In this document: positions 35,253 through 47,357 of the stretch, piece by piece
How positions within the stretch are numbered: the first letter of the stretch is position 1
Layout of the letters: the number at the start of each line of letters is the position of its first letter
DNA from: Squalus acanthias
Lineage: Eukaryota
Assembly (NCBI GenBank): GCA_030390025.1
Contig: CM059432.1
Location: 20,958,001 to 21,022,000 of the forward strand
Length of the DNA stretch: 64,000 bases
Direction of reading: 5' to 3'
Position numbers and translations under genes: made by a program
Notes under the pieces: generated by a model
Databases searched by the model: none
Told to the model about the DNA's origin: nothing
What the model saw: only the letters and a program-made list of their open reading frames with translations

Positions 35253-36840
35253 GTCATAGAGTTATACAGCACAGAAAGAGGCCCTTCGGCCCATCGTGTC
35301 CGCGCCGGCCATCAAGCCCTGTCTATTCTAATCCCATTTTCCAGCACTTGGTCCATAGCCTTGTATGCTATGGCGTTTCAAGTGCTCATCTAAATGCTTC
35401 TTGAATGTTGTGAGGGTTCCTGCCTCTACCACCCTTTCAGGCAGTGAGTTCCAGATTCCAACCACCCTCTGGGTGAAAAAGTTTTCCTCAAATCCCCTCT
35501 AAACCTCCTGCCCCTTACCTTGAAACTATGCCCCCTGGTTATTGACCCCTCTACTAAGGGGAAAAGTTCCTTTCTATCTACCCTATCTATGCCCCTCATA
35601 ATTTTGTACACCTCAATCAGGTCCCCCCTCTGCCTTCTCTGCTCTAAGGAAAACAACCCCAGCCTGTCCAATATCTCTTCATAGCTGAAGCGCTCCAGCC
35701 CAGGTAACATCCTGGTGAATCTCCTCTGCACCCTCTCCAATGCAATCACATCCTTCCTATAGTGTGGCAACCAGAACTGCACACAGTATTTCAGCTGTGG
35801 ACTAACTAGCGTTTTGTACAGCTCCATCATAACCTCCCTGCTCTTATATTCTATGCCTCGGCTAATGAAGGCAAGTATCCCATATGCCTTTTTAACCACC
35901 TTATCTACCTGTCCTGCTGCCTTCAGGGATCTATGTACATGCACACCAAGGTCCCTCTGATCCTCTGTCCTTCCTAGGGTCCTACCATTCATTGTGTATT
36001 CCCTTGCCTTGTTAGTCCTCCCAAAATGCATCACCTCACACTTTTCAGGGTTAAATTCCATTTGCCACTGTTCTGCCCATCTAATCAACCCGTCTATATC
36101 GTCCTGTAGCCTGAGGCTTCCCTCCTCGCTATTTACCACCCCACCAATTTTCGTGTTATCTGCGAACTTACTGATCATACCTCCTACATTCATATCTAAA
36201 TCATTAATGTACACTACAAACAGCAAAGGACCCAGCACCGATCCCTGCGGTACACCACTGGACACAGGCTTCCAGTCACAAAAACAACCTTCGACCATCA
36301 CCCTCTGCCTCGTGCCACTAAGCCAATTTTGGATCCAATGTGCCAAATTGCCCTGGATCCCCTGGGCTCTTACCTTCTTGACCAGTCTCCCATGCGGGAC
36401 TTTGTCAAAAGCCTCACTGAAGTCCATGTAGACCACATCAACTGCACTACCCTCATCCACACACCTAGTCACCCCCTCGAAAAATTCAATCAAATTGGTC
36501 AGACATGATCTACCCCTGACAAAGCCATGCTGACTATCCTTGATTAATCCTTGCCTCTCCAAGTGGAGACTAATTCTGTCCCTCAGAATTTTTTCCAATA
36601 ATTTCCCTACCACTGATGTTAGGCTCACTGGCCTGTAATTCCCTGGTTTATCCCTACTACCCTTCTTGAATAATGGTACTACGTTAGCTGTCCTCCAGTC
36701 CTCTGGCACCTCCCCTGTGGCTAGAGAGGTTCTGAAAATTTGTGTCAGAGCCCCTGCAATCTCCTCCCTTGCCTCACACAGCAGCCTGGGATACATCTCG
36801 TCTGGGCCTGGGGATTTATCCACTTTTAAGCCCGCTAAAA
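35253..36840 (-). mobile_element. 5'-truncated CR1 LINE (RT domain ORF 35426-36823)
   Basis: 465-aa RT ORF ([19 protein letters not shown]). Catalytic motif reads FADN instead of FADD, with a frameshift near 35480. Confidence 0.95.
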
Positions 36841-38887
36841 AGAGAAATCATTATTGGTTAGAACTTATTGTCGGCAGTAACAGTGAACAGTTGGTTAACA
36901 TATTTGTATGACATTCCTCTCCCCACTATTTTATCATAAATACATTAACATCTCCATTCAAATAACGGATAGACGTTTGTCCGAGGAATGTTTTAAATGT
37001 TCATCTGCTATTATCACTTGATCACTAACAGTAATTTCTAACCTTATATTTCTATATAGTAAAAAGAATAAGATGCGATGGGTCTTGGGGTGTGAGGACA
37101 ATGCTAAACTATTCAAACTTTGGTCTCACGGTGTATAACATCATCGCAATGCCTTGAGGTGTTAATGCTTGTGTGGTATATTTTCTGACTAGCTCTGTTA
37201 ACTTAAACAGAAAAAGATGAGAAATTGCTCCAGGATAGAAATTACTGTTGGTGCTATTAGTGGACAAATGTGTAATACATTTGTGTGACATTCTTCTGTC
37301 CGCTAAGCACTTTCCTATGCTCGCACTAAATTTCTCTGTGCACTTTTTTAATGCAGGCAATAACCCCAAAACAGGCTGACGCCTCTGTTAAAACTGTATG
37401 TGGAGGGATATAGTATGAACATAATAAGTCCTTGTTCAGGAATAGCATCAGTTGGAAAATCTACCCCAATGTGTTAAACCAGCGTATAACATGCTGGATA
37501 GTCAGGGGATGGATTAAATTTGTATTTGGGCCTTGTTCTCTCTATTTTATATGTTATACATTAAGTGGACCGAAAAGCCTGAACGACCTTTTCACGCTCC
37601 ATCTTAGACTATAAGCAAATGCAGTAAATGGTGTGTTGATGAACTCCTTCAAAAAAGAGGATTATTTGTAGCCTGGGATAATCAAATACTCCATGAGACC
37701 TCCTGACTCCTATTTAGCTGGGCTGAAGGGCGAAGGGGGAGGTATTGGTAGTGTTGGGCAGCCTGAAGTACTCTAGACCAGACAGAACAGGAATACTTAT
37801 TTGGATTAGTCTCAGGTAATGGATTGCCAAGTCTTCCACAAAGGGTGATTCAATTGCAATCTTCCATTACCAGACACATCATCTGAGAGCCACTTTGATT
37901 CCAAAGGGACCCTTCTTACTTCCCCTGTCGAAGGAGAATAGGTCACTAGTTGGTCATTAGACAACTGACAAGCACTACTTTGAGTCCCCATTATACAAAG
38001 GTACCAGGAACACCTCATAAGTGCATCGTGAGCAGCATAACTCACCAAAAAATGTGTGAGTGAATTGCCACGATCCTCCTGACCACAGCATGTACACATA
38101 CGATAGTGTTGATATAATTACTTTACGACATTTCAAGCTGTTATCTTGATCCTTTATCAGCAGCATCAAAATTTAACTGTCAGGGTAGCAGGAATCCTTA
38201 TTTATACTTAATTGGATTAGTCAATTTTCAGTTACTCGCCTTTCATCTGATCTTTCGCACGGAATTTGATTGAAGTTTAATTTGTAGTTGGATCTTGAGT
38301 TGGGATATTGGACTGATAAGTTTGACCTGGTAAGTTTGATGTTGCTAGTTTCAACCTCTGTCGGTAGTGATGACTGGTCTTTCTTTTGCTTGAATGTGCA
38401 TTTGGGACTGAACCTTCTCTGGTATTTTAAAGTTTATTTCTGTCTTGGCTTTTTTTCTGCCATACAAATGTACCTGGTTATTTTTCTGCATGGTCTTGCA
38501 CCTTCATTTATTGCAAAAGTACTTGGTATATATGCATGAATGTTGTTACTATTTTTTACTTGCCTTCCAAATTTTTCCCTTCCTCTTCTGAAATTACTGA
38601 CTTTTGCAATTCTTGTCCTCTCCCACCTCATTGTTTCCTTCGGTGAGCTATTTCTCCCCTGAGGTATCTCCACATTTTGCAGCTTCCTCAGCTTGGGGCA
38701 GTAGCTGGAAACCTGATGCCAGGGCTCTACCATTGTTGTTCTTTGACCAGCCACTATGGCGGTGTGCCTAATCGCCTCATAATTTCCAGTTTTAGCTGCG
38801 CTGTCAATTCTTCAAGGAACTACAGGTGCTTCTTCTAGCTCCGTGAGCCAGCGTGTTGGAGTTCAAATGTGCTGTGCTGCATACTTA

Positions 38888-39505
38888 TAGAAAAAACATA
38901 GAAACATAGAAAATAGGTACAGGAGTAGACCATTCGGTCCTTCGAGCCTGCACCGCCATTCAATGCGTTCATGGCTGAACATGCTACCTCAGTACCCCAT
39001 TCCTGCTTTCTCGCCATACCCCTTGATCCCCCTAGTTGTGAGTGTTATATCTAACTCCCTTTTGAATATATTTAGCGAACTGGCCTCAACAAACTTCTGT
39101 GGAAGAGAATTCCATAGATTCACCACTCTCTGGGTGAAGAAGTTCCTCCTCAGCTCAGTCTTAAATGGCTTCCCCTTAATCCTTAGACTGTGACCCCTGG
39201 TTCTAGTTTTCCCTACCATTGGGAACATTCTGCCCGCATCTAATTTGTCTAAACCAGTCAGGATTTTAAATGTCTCTATAAGATCCCCCCTCATTCTTCT
39301 GAACTCCAGAGGATACAAGTTCAGTTGACCCAATCTTTCTTGATATGTCAGTCCGGCCATCCCAGGAATCAATCTAGTGAACCTTCGCTGCACTCCCTCA
39401 ATAGCAAGAATGTCCTTCCTTAAGTTAGGAGACCAAAACTGCGCACAATACTCCAGGTGTGGCCTCACCAAGGCCCTGTACAACTGCAGCATCACCTCCC
39501 TACTT
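38888..39505 (-). mobile_element. CR1 3' fragment
   Basis: ORF2 C-terminus LYRALVRPHLEY..GYGEKAGMGY with a (TTTCTATG)n tail. Confidence 0.93.
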
Positions 39506-39673
39506 GCTACATTTGTTTTCAATAAGAGTACAATATACTCTGGAAGCTATTAATTTTAGAAATCATCCACTTTTTGGCTGCTTTTTAATAATTCACAGGT
39601 TTCTGGTTCCTCTTCTCTGCCCTCACTCCATTGAAATGAAGACTCATCACACCATTCCTTCCTCTCACACCAT

Positions 39674-41426
39674 GGCAGAGATTTTCCGGGGGGCTCAGCC
39701 GGCACGATCGGTGGTGGGTCGGGTGAGAAAGTGTTTTTTTCCCCCAGCGGGTTGAGACCCCGCTGTGAACCCGCCGACACACGCCTTTCCCCGATGTCGG
39801 GTCTCTCAATGCTGAGCAGACCCGACACGCAGTGACGGGGGACCCAATTCAGGTAATTATGACCTTGTTTAGAGATCATTAAGAATACATTTGAGCACAC
39901 GTTTTGATTTTACGTGCTCGCCCACAGGGTCCTCGCTGCTCGGGGATTACTTCTGTTAAGCTGATTCGGGAGATGAATGAACATTGAATCAGCTGATTAC
40001 TTGACAGCTTGAATTGTGCTATAAAAGCTCCCACCTCACTTTCCAAGCTCAGAAGTTGTTGCTTACTGCATTTGGAACTCAGATTGAGCTTTATGCAGGT
40101 TGCAAGTGTTTGGAGCAAACTCGCTATCCAGGGTCACCTCATTGGAACAACCTCTCTCACCATTGGCAGATTGCTTCTGTCATCTCAAGTTCACCTGCCA
40201 ACTATTCCATTAGCATGGGTACCGTTTATACTCTCTCACCTTGGTCCTTAGAATCTGACCATGATCAGCCCCAACACCAGCAGCACCAGGCACACCAGCA
40301 GCACCAGCAACAACACCAACCTTCTCCGCAATCAACTGATGCTGCACAGGACACAGGGCATCAGCACCCGACCATATTGCTGCCCAGAAGGCCAGGGATG
40401 GCCTCAGCATGGCCAGATTTACTTCACTTGACACTGTACACCCTGGCTGCCACATGATGCACCAGGTTGGCACCACCCCACGCCAACACCATAAAGCATC
40501 CCTACAATGCCCAAGCCATTCCTTTTACACTCACCACCATTTCGGGGGGGTACCGTTATGTCTCACCATTCACTGCAACTCACTAAGCCACTTCCAAAGG
40601 TGCACACAAATCTGTCCAAGAATGCAAAGTGTTGAAAATAAAGGTTTCAATGTTTGACACCACATTAACAGAAACTTTACATGAACATTGTATAAAACAC
40701 CCAAGTGCCTACCCTGTGTGTTGTTAGTTGGTATGATTGCACTAGGATGAGGGTGAATGTGAGGGGTGGCTAGTGAGATGGGGATGTGATAATATAGATA
40801 GAGAGGGATGGGTGGAGGTGCAAGGTAAGTTGGTGTGAGTAAGGATGTGCAGGAGTAGGGTAGGGAAGGCAGAGTGATGGGGATGTGAAGAAAGGCACAG
40901 CAGAATGAGGTTGAGTGTGGCTTTGTACTAACGTTTTGGGATCTACTGAGATTATTGAAACGTTTGCGGCACTGCACCCAGGTCCTCCTGACCACATCCC
41001 TGCTTGTGCCCTCCTCTGCAATGTGCAACCAGGCTGTGTTGATCTCCTGGGGCGGTCTCTTCTGCCCATCGGAAGGGAAAAGGACCTCCCTGCGTGCTGG
41101 GAGAGCCTGGCTGTAGCCCTGTGCCTTGGTGAAGTCATTGTCAGTGTTTGCAGTTATTGTCAGTGTTTGCAGGACCTCAATGCTGTAGAACACTGACAGC
41201 ACAAATGTCAAAATAAATTTGGACATGGCCCCTTTATGGAAACCGGCTGCTGACACGTCATCAAATGACATCACCAGACCCGCTTCCTCTAATTGGCCGG
41301 TAACCGCGCTGGGCGGGCTTAACAAGCCCAATCAACAGAAAGTCATTTTCCAGAGCGGGATGGAACCAGCAGTGAGGTCGGGACCCGCCACCGACATCGC
41401 CCGCCGAGGTCAGCAAAATCGCAGCC
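39674..41426 (-). mobile_element. Non-autonomous PIF/Harbinger, copy 2
   Basis: Inverted homologue of 14301-16063. TIRs GGCAGAGATTTT / AAAATCGCAGCC, flanks CAT/AAT, and Myb remnant RRTWVQCRKRFNNL. Confidence 0.85.
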
Positions 41427-41887
41427 AATCTCTTTTATCTGTTTTCACTTTCTCCAACAACCTATGGGTTTTTAAAACCCAAGCTCAGCATCATCTAGTC
41501 ACTGTTTCCTAGTCTTCTCTCCAATTCTTTTCTGGCTTCAAGGCTGCTCTGAATTCTGACTGTGGCCAGGCATCGAGACTTCCCAATTTAAAAAACCTAC
41601 ATATTTTAACAGTGTGTCCACCACATTCCTATTCCAACCCCTTTATCTGAAGTGGCAGATGAGATAGAGGGCCAGTTTTAATGGAGTCACGGTGCAGATG
41701 GGTAGGATAACAAGAGGCCTTCCAAACTAGGCAGGGGAAAGGCCCGTGTGCATGTACAAAATGTATCCAACTGTACATACATGAAACAGATTACGCATGC
41801 AAAATATAGCCTGTTCATGCACATACAAACCTCAGATAAATCCATTTGCACCTTTGCACAGCCTGTTTTAAAAAAAAAAGTCAGGAA

Positions 41888-42296
41888 TCTCATCCTTGTT
41901 TTCAAATCGCTCCATGGCCTCGCCCCCCCCCCCCCCTCCTATCTCTGTAACCTCCTTCAGCCCCGCAAACCCCCGAGATATCTGCGCTCCTCTAATTCTG
42001 CCCTCCTGAGCATCCCTGATTATAATCGCTCAACCATTGGTGGCTGTGCCTTCTGTTGCCTCGGCCCTAAGCTCTGGAATTCCCTGCCTAAACCTCTTTG
42101 CCCCGCTACCTCTCTTTCCTCCTTTAAGATGCTCCTTAAAACCTACCTCTTTGACCGAGCTTTTGGTCACCTGCCCTAATATCTCCTTATGTGGCTCGGT
42201 GTCAAATTTCTTTGTCTGATGATACTCCTGTGCAGCACCTTGGGACGTTTTACTATGTTAAAGGCGCTATATAAATACAAGTTGTTGTTGCTGTTG
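41888..42296 (+). mobile_element. L2 3' end
   Basis: LILVFKSLHGLAP..YLRSS..GPKLWNSLP..FKMLLKTYLF and tail AAAGGCGCTATATAAATACAAG(TTG)n. Confidence 0.9.
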
Positions 42297-42857
42297 AGTC
42301 AGCAAACAGATTTTTGCCGTATGACTTTCATTCCTCAGTGCCGTTGGATACTGGTTGAGTGGTCCCCCTAGAACACACAACTATATGTTCTGCTTAACCA
42401 ACTTACAGTGCTAATGCAATCCTCTGCAGGGATCCAAGAATATTTTTCTGCCTGAAAGGCATTTTTATTTAAATGTTTGTAAATTTTTGAACTTAGCATT
42501 TTGAACAATTTCATTGTGGAGGAAATAAGGACTTTGAGCATTCCGTGTCAGCATTGAACATTCTCTGTACTCTGGAATCTGCCTTAAAATGTGCTTCAAC
42601 CCAAACCTCACGTCCTCTACTAGACCACTGAAAGCCTTTGCCGTTTATATGCCAGCCATCCCTTCAGCCAGCCTGACTGAGATTATCAGTTTGTGCCTTT
42701 TTTCCATGCTTAAATTCTGTGGTTTATAGTTTCTAGAGTCTCTGTGGTGTAGCGGGGACTGCTGTTAAACAAGGGCCCTTGAGTATATCATTTAATTGAA
42801 GTGAAATTGGTGGGATTCATTTAACTTAATTTTAATTGATTAATTAAAGGGTAAGTC

Positions 42858-43807
42858 ATGGCAGGAGAGCTCCGCCCCATGATATGCTCCTCCTGCTATA
42901 TGTGGGAAATCAGGGACGCTTCCTGTGTCCCTGACGACCATGTGTGTGGGAAATGTATCCAGCTGCAGCTACTGACGGACCGCATTGCGGCGCTGGAGCT
43001 GCGGATGGATGCATATTGGAGCATTTGCGATGCTGAGAACGTCGTGGATAACACGTTTACCGAGCTGGTCACACCGCAGGTAAAGGGTGTACAGGCAGGA
43101 AGTGAATTGGTGACCACCAGGCAGAGTAAGAGGTGCAGGCAGGTAGTGCAGGGGTCCCCTGTGGCCATCCCCTCTCAAACAGATATACCACTTTGGATGC
43201 TGTTGGGGGGGATGACTTATCAGGGGAAGGCAGGAGCAGCCAACTTCCTGGCACCATGGGTGGCTCTGCTGCACAGGCTGGGAGGAAAAAGTGTGGAAGA
43301 GCTATAGTGATAGGGGATTCAATTGTAAGGGGAATAGATAGGCGATTCTGCAGCCGCAAACGAGACTCCAGGATGGTGTGTTGCCTCCCTGGTGCAAGAG
43401 TCAAGGACGTCACGGAGCGGCTACAGAACATTTTGGAGGGGGAGGGCGAACAGCCAGTTGTCGTGGTGCACATAGGCATCAACAATATAGGTAAAAAACG
43501 GGATGAGGTCCTAAAAGCAGAACATAGGGAGTTAGGAGGTAAATTAAAAAATAGGACCTTAAAGGTAGTAATCTCAGGATTGCTACCAGTGCCACGTGCT
43601 AGTCAGAGTAGAAATAGGAGGATATTTCAAATGAATACGTGGCTAGAGGAATGGTGCAAGGGGGAGGGATTCAAATTCCTTGGACACTGGAACCGGTTCT
43701 GGCGGAGGTGGGACCAGTACAAACGGGATGGTCTGCACCTGGGCAGGGCCAGGACCGATGTCCTAGGGGGAGTGTTTGCTTGTGCTGTTGGGGAGGGTTT
43801 AAACTAA
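42858..43807 (+). pseudogene. CR1 ORF1 (Cys-rich finger, coiled coil, SGNH esterase-like domain), one frameshift
   Basis: CSSC..HVCGKC, VIGDS, HIGINN, DGLHL. A 1-nt shift near 43170 joins SPVAIP to LSNRY. Confidence 0.9.
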
Positions 43808-46792
43808 AGTGGCAGGAGGTTGGGAACCTGAGCAGGGAGACAGAGGAAAGGGAAACAAGGTTAAAAGCTAAAGACCGGAAGGAGAAAAACAAAAGTAGAA
43901 GGCAAAGAACTCAACGGTTTAAATCAAACATGGTCACAGTAAATAATAATTCATATAGGTCTGAGAGCGTTAAAAAAACAAGCCTGAAGGCTTTGTGTCT
44001 TAATGCAAGGAGCATTCGGAACAAGGTGGATGAATTAGCTGCGCAAATAGAGGTAAATGAATACGATTTGATTGGGATTACAGAAACATGGCTCCAGGAT
44101 GGCCAAGGCTGGGAACTCAACATCCAGGGATATTCAATATTTAGGAAAGATAGGCAAAAAAGAAAGGGAGGTGGGGTAGCATTGCTGGTTAAAGAGAGGA
44201 TTAACACAATTGAAAGGAAGGATATTAGCTCTGATGATGCAGAATCTGTATGGGTAGAACTGAGAAATAACAAGGGGCAGAAAACGTTAGTGGGAGTGGT
44301 ATATAGACCTCCAAACAGTAATACGGAGGTTGGGGATGGCATTAAAAGGGAAATTAGAGAAGCATGCAGTAAGGGCACAGCAGTCATCATGGGTGATTTT
44401 AATTTACATATAGATTGGGCTAACCAAATTAGCAAAAATACTGTGGAGGAGGAATTCCTAGAATGCTTACGGGATGGTTTTCTGGAACAATATGTAGAGG
44501 AACCAACCAGAGATCAGGCCATCTTAGACTGGGTATTATGTAACGAGAAAGGATTAATTAGCAATCTTGTTGTACGAGGCCCCTTGGGTCAGAGTGATCA
44601 TAATATGATGGAATTCTTCATTAGTGTGGAGAGTGAAAGAGTTGAATCAGAGACTAGGGTCCTGAATTTAAATAAAGGAAACTACGATGGTATGAGGCGC
44701 GAATTGGGTAGGATTGATTGGGGAATGTCACTCAAAGGGTTGACGGTGGAGAGGCAATGGCAAACATTCAAAGACTGCATGGATGAACTACAGAATTTGT
44801 TCATCCCAGTGTGGCATAAGAATAAAACAAAAAGTGTGACTCAACCGTGGCTAACAAGGGAAATTAGGGATAGCATAAGATTCAATGAGAGGGCATATAA
44901 ATTGGCCAGAAAAAGCGGTAACCCTGAGGAATGGGAGCAGTTTAGGATTCAACAAAGGAGGACAAAGGGATTAATTAAGAAGGGGAAAATAGAATATGAA
45001 AGTAAGCTTGCTGGGAACATAAAAACTGACTGTAAGAGCTTTTATAAATATGTGAAGAGAAAAAGATTAGTGAAATCAAGTGTAGGTCCCTTGCAGTCAG
45101 AAGCGAGGGAAGTTATAATGGGGAACAAAGAAATGGCAGACCAATTAAATGCATATTTTGGTTCTGTCTTCACAAAGGAGGACACAAATAACCTCCCAGA
45201 GATGTTGGAGAACATAGGGTCTGATGAAAGGGAGGAACTGAAAGAAATCAGTATTTGCAGGGAAATGGTGTTATGGAAATTGACGGGATTGAAGGCCGAT
45301 AAATCCCCAGGGCCTGATAATCTACATCCTAGGGTACTTAAGGAAGTGGCCCTAGAAATAGTAGATGCATTGCTGATCATCTTCCAACATTCGATGGAAT
45401 CTGGAACTGTACCCATGGATTGGAGGGTAGCTAATGTTACCCCTACTATTCAAAAAGGGTGGTAGAGAGAAAGCGGGGAATTACAGACCGGTAAGCCTGA
45501 CATCGGTAGTGGGGAAAATGCTAGAGTCCATTATAAAGGATGCAATAGCTGAGCACTTGAAAAACAGTGACAGGATCGGACAAAGTCAACATGGATTTAC
45601 AAAAGTTGAATCGTGCTTCACTAATCTACTGGAATTTTTTGAGGATGTAACTGGGAAAATAGATAAGGGAGAACCAGTAGATGTGGTGTATTTGGACTTT
45701 CAAAAGGCTTTCGATAAGGTCCCGCATAAGAGATTAGCGGGTAAAGTTAAGGCACATGGGATTGGGGGCAAGGTATTGACTTGGATAGAGAACTGGTTGG
45801 CGGACAGAAGGCAGAGAGTAGGAATTAATGGGTCTTTTTCCGAGTGGCAAGCAGTGACTAGTGGGATGCCGCAGGGATCGGTCCTCGGACCCCAGCTATT
45901 CACAATATACATTAATGATCTAGATAAGGGAACTAAATGTAATATCTCCAAGTTTGCAGATGACACAAAGCTGGGTGGGAGTATATGCTGCGAGGAGGAT
46001 ACCGAGAAACTCCAGCATGATTTGGACAGGTTGGGTGAGTGGGCAGAAGCGTGGCAGATGCAATATAACGTGGATAAATGCGAGGTTATCCACTTTGGTG
46101 TCAAAAACAGGAAGGCAGACTATTATCTGAATGGCAATAGATTGGGAGAAGGGGAAGTGCAACGAGACCTGGGTGTCCTTGTGCACCAGTCGCTGAAGGT
46201 AAGCATGCAGGTGCAGCAGGCGGTGAAGAAGGCAAATGGTATGTTGGCCTTCATAGCGAAACGGTTTGAGTATAGGAACAGGGATGTCCTGCTGCAGTTG
46301 TACAGGGCCTTGGTGAGACCACTCCTTGAGTACTGTGCGCAGTTTTGGTCGCCTTATCTGAGGAAGGATGTTCTTGCCATGGAAGGAGTTCAGCAAAGAT
46401 TCACAAGGCTGATACCTGGGATGGCAGGATTGACATATGAGGAGAGATTGGGTCGATTGGGCTTATACTCGCTGGAGTATAGAAGAATGAGAGGGGATCT
46501 CACCGAAACATATAAAATTCTGACAGGTCTGGACAGACTGGATGCAGGAAGAATGTTCCCGATGGTCGGAGAGTCCAGAACCAGGGGTCATAATCTAAGG
46601 ATAAGGGGTAAGCCATTTAGGACAGAGATGAGGAGGAATTTCTTCACCCAGAGAGTGGTGAACCTGTGGAATTCTCTACCACAGAAGGTAGTTGAGGCCA
46701 AGTCATTAAGTATATTCAAGAATGAGTTAGATATATTTCTTAAATCTAAAGGTATCAAGGGATATGGGGAGAAGGCAGGTACAGGGTACTGA
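43808..46792 (+). pseudogene. CR1 ORF2 (APE endonuclease and RT), one frameshift
   Basis: LNARSI, ITETW, GDFN, SDH and KFADD intact. One extra base near 45444 compared with the sister copy at 63381-63400. Start position uncertain. Confidence 0.92.
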
Positions 46793-47357
46793 GTTTGGAT
46801 GATCTGCCATGATCTCATCGAATGGCGGAGCAGGCTCGAGGGGCCGAATGGCCTACTCCTGCTCCTATCTTCTATGTTTCTATGTGCCAAATTATGGACA
46901 GCTTTGTGGGCCTGTGTTCATTTGGAATTGGGTTGAAACTGCTGTAATTCATTTCATATTCGACTTTTAAGTCGGCAGACAAAGAGGAAGCTTTATCCCA
47001 TCAGCCTAGGTTGATATACATATGTAGAAATATTCAAAATACTTTAGGCTTAAAAACTGCAATATCTACATATACGCAAAAATGCCTGATACTAACAAAT
47101 ATTACATTCCTATTCCGACTGAATCTCCCCTTGTGACTCCTAACCATCACTGTTAAGAGCATGCTAGATTTTGAAAAGTAACAATTCAATAATGTGACAT
47201 ATTGCTCCAACATCAGTGAGTAGTTAAGTCTTTGTTGCATATCTGCTAACTCAAGCTTCTAAACAGAAAAGAAAAATAATGGAGAAAAGTCAACAATTCT
47301 TAAGGTTTCACATTTGCTGTCATGCAGAATTATTCTGATGCATACTTTTGGTGAACT

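Larger units (their letters stand above)
42750..46883 (+). mobile_element. Near-full-length CR1 LINE
   Basis: Complete ORF1 and ORF2, 3' stem-loop and (TTCTATGT)n tail. The 5' boundary is approximate. Confidence 0.95.

Noticed and set aside
35426..36823. Active reverse transcriptase gene
   Set aside because: 5'-truncated with no endonuclease, FADN instead of FADD, and a C-terminal frameshift
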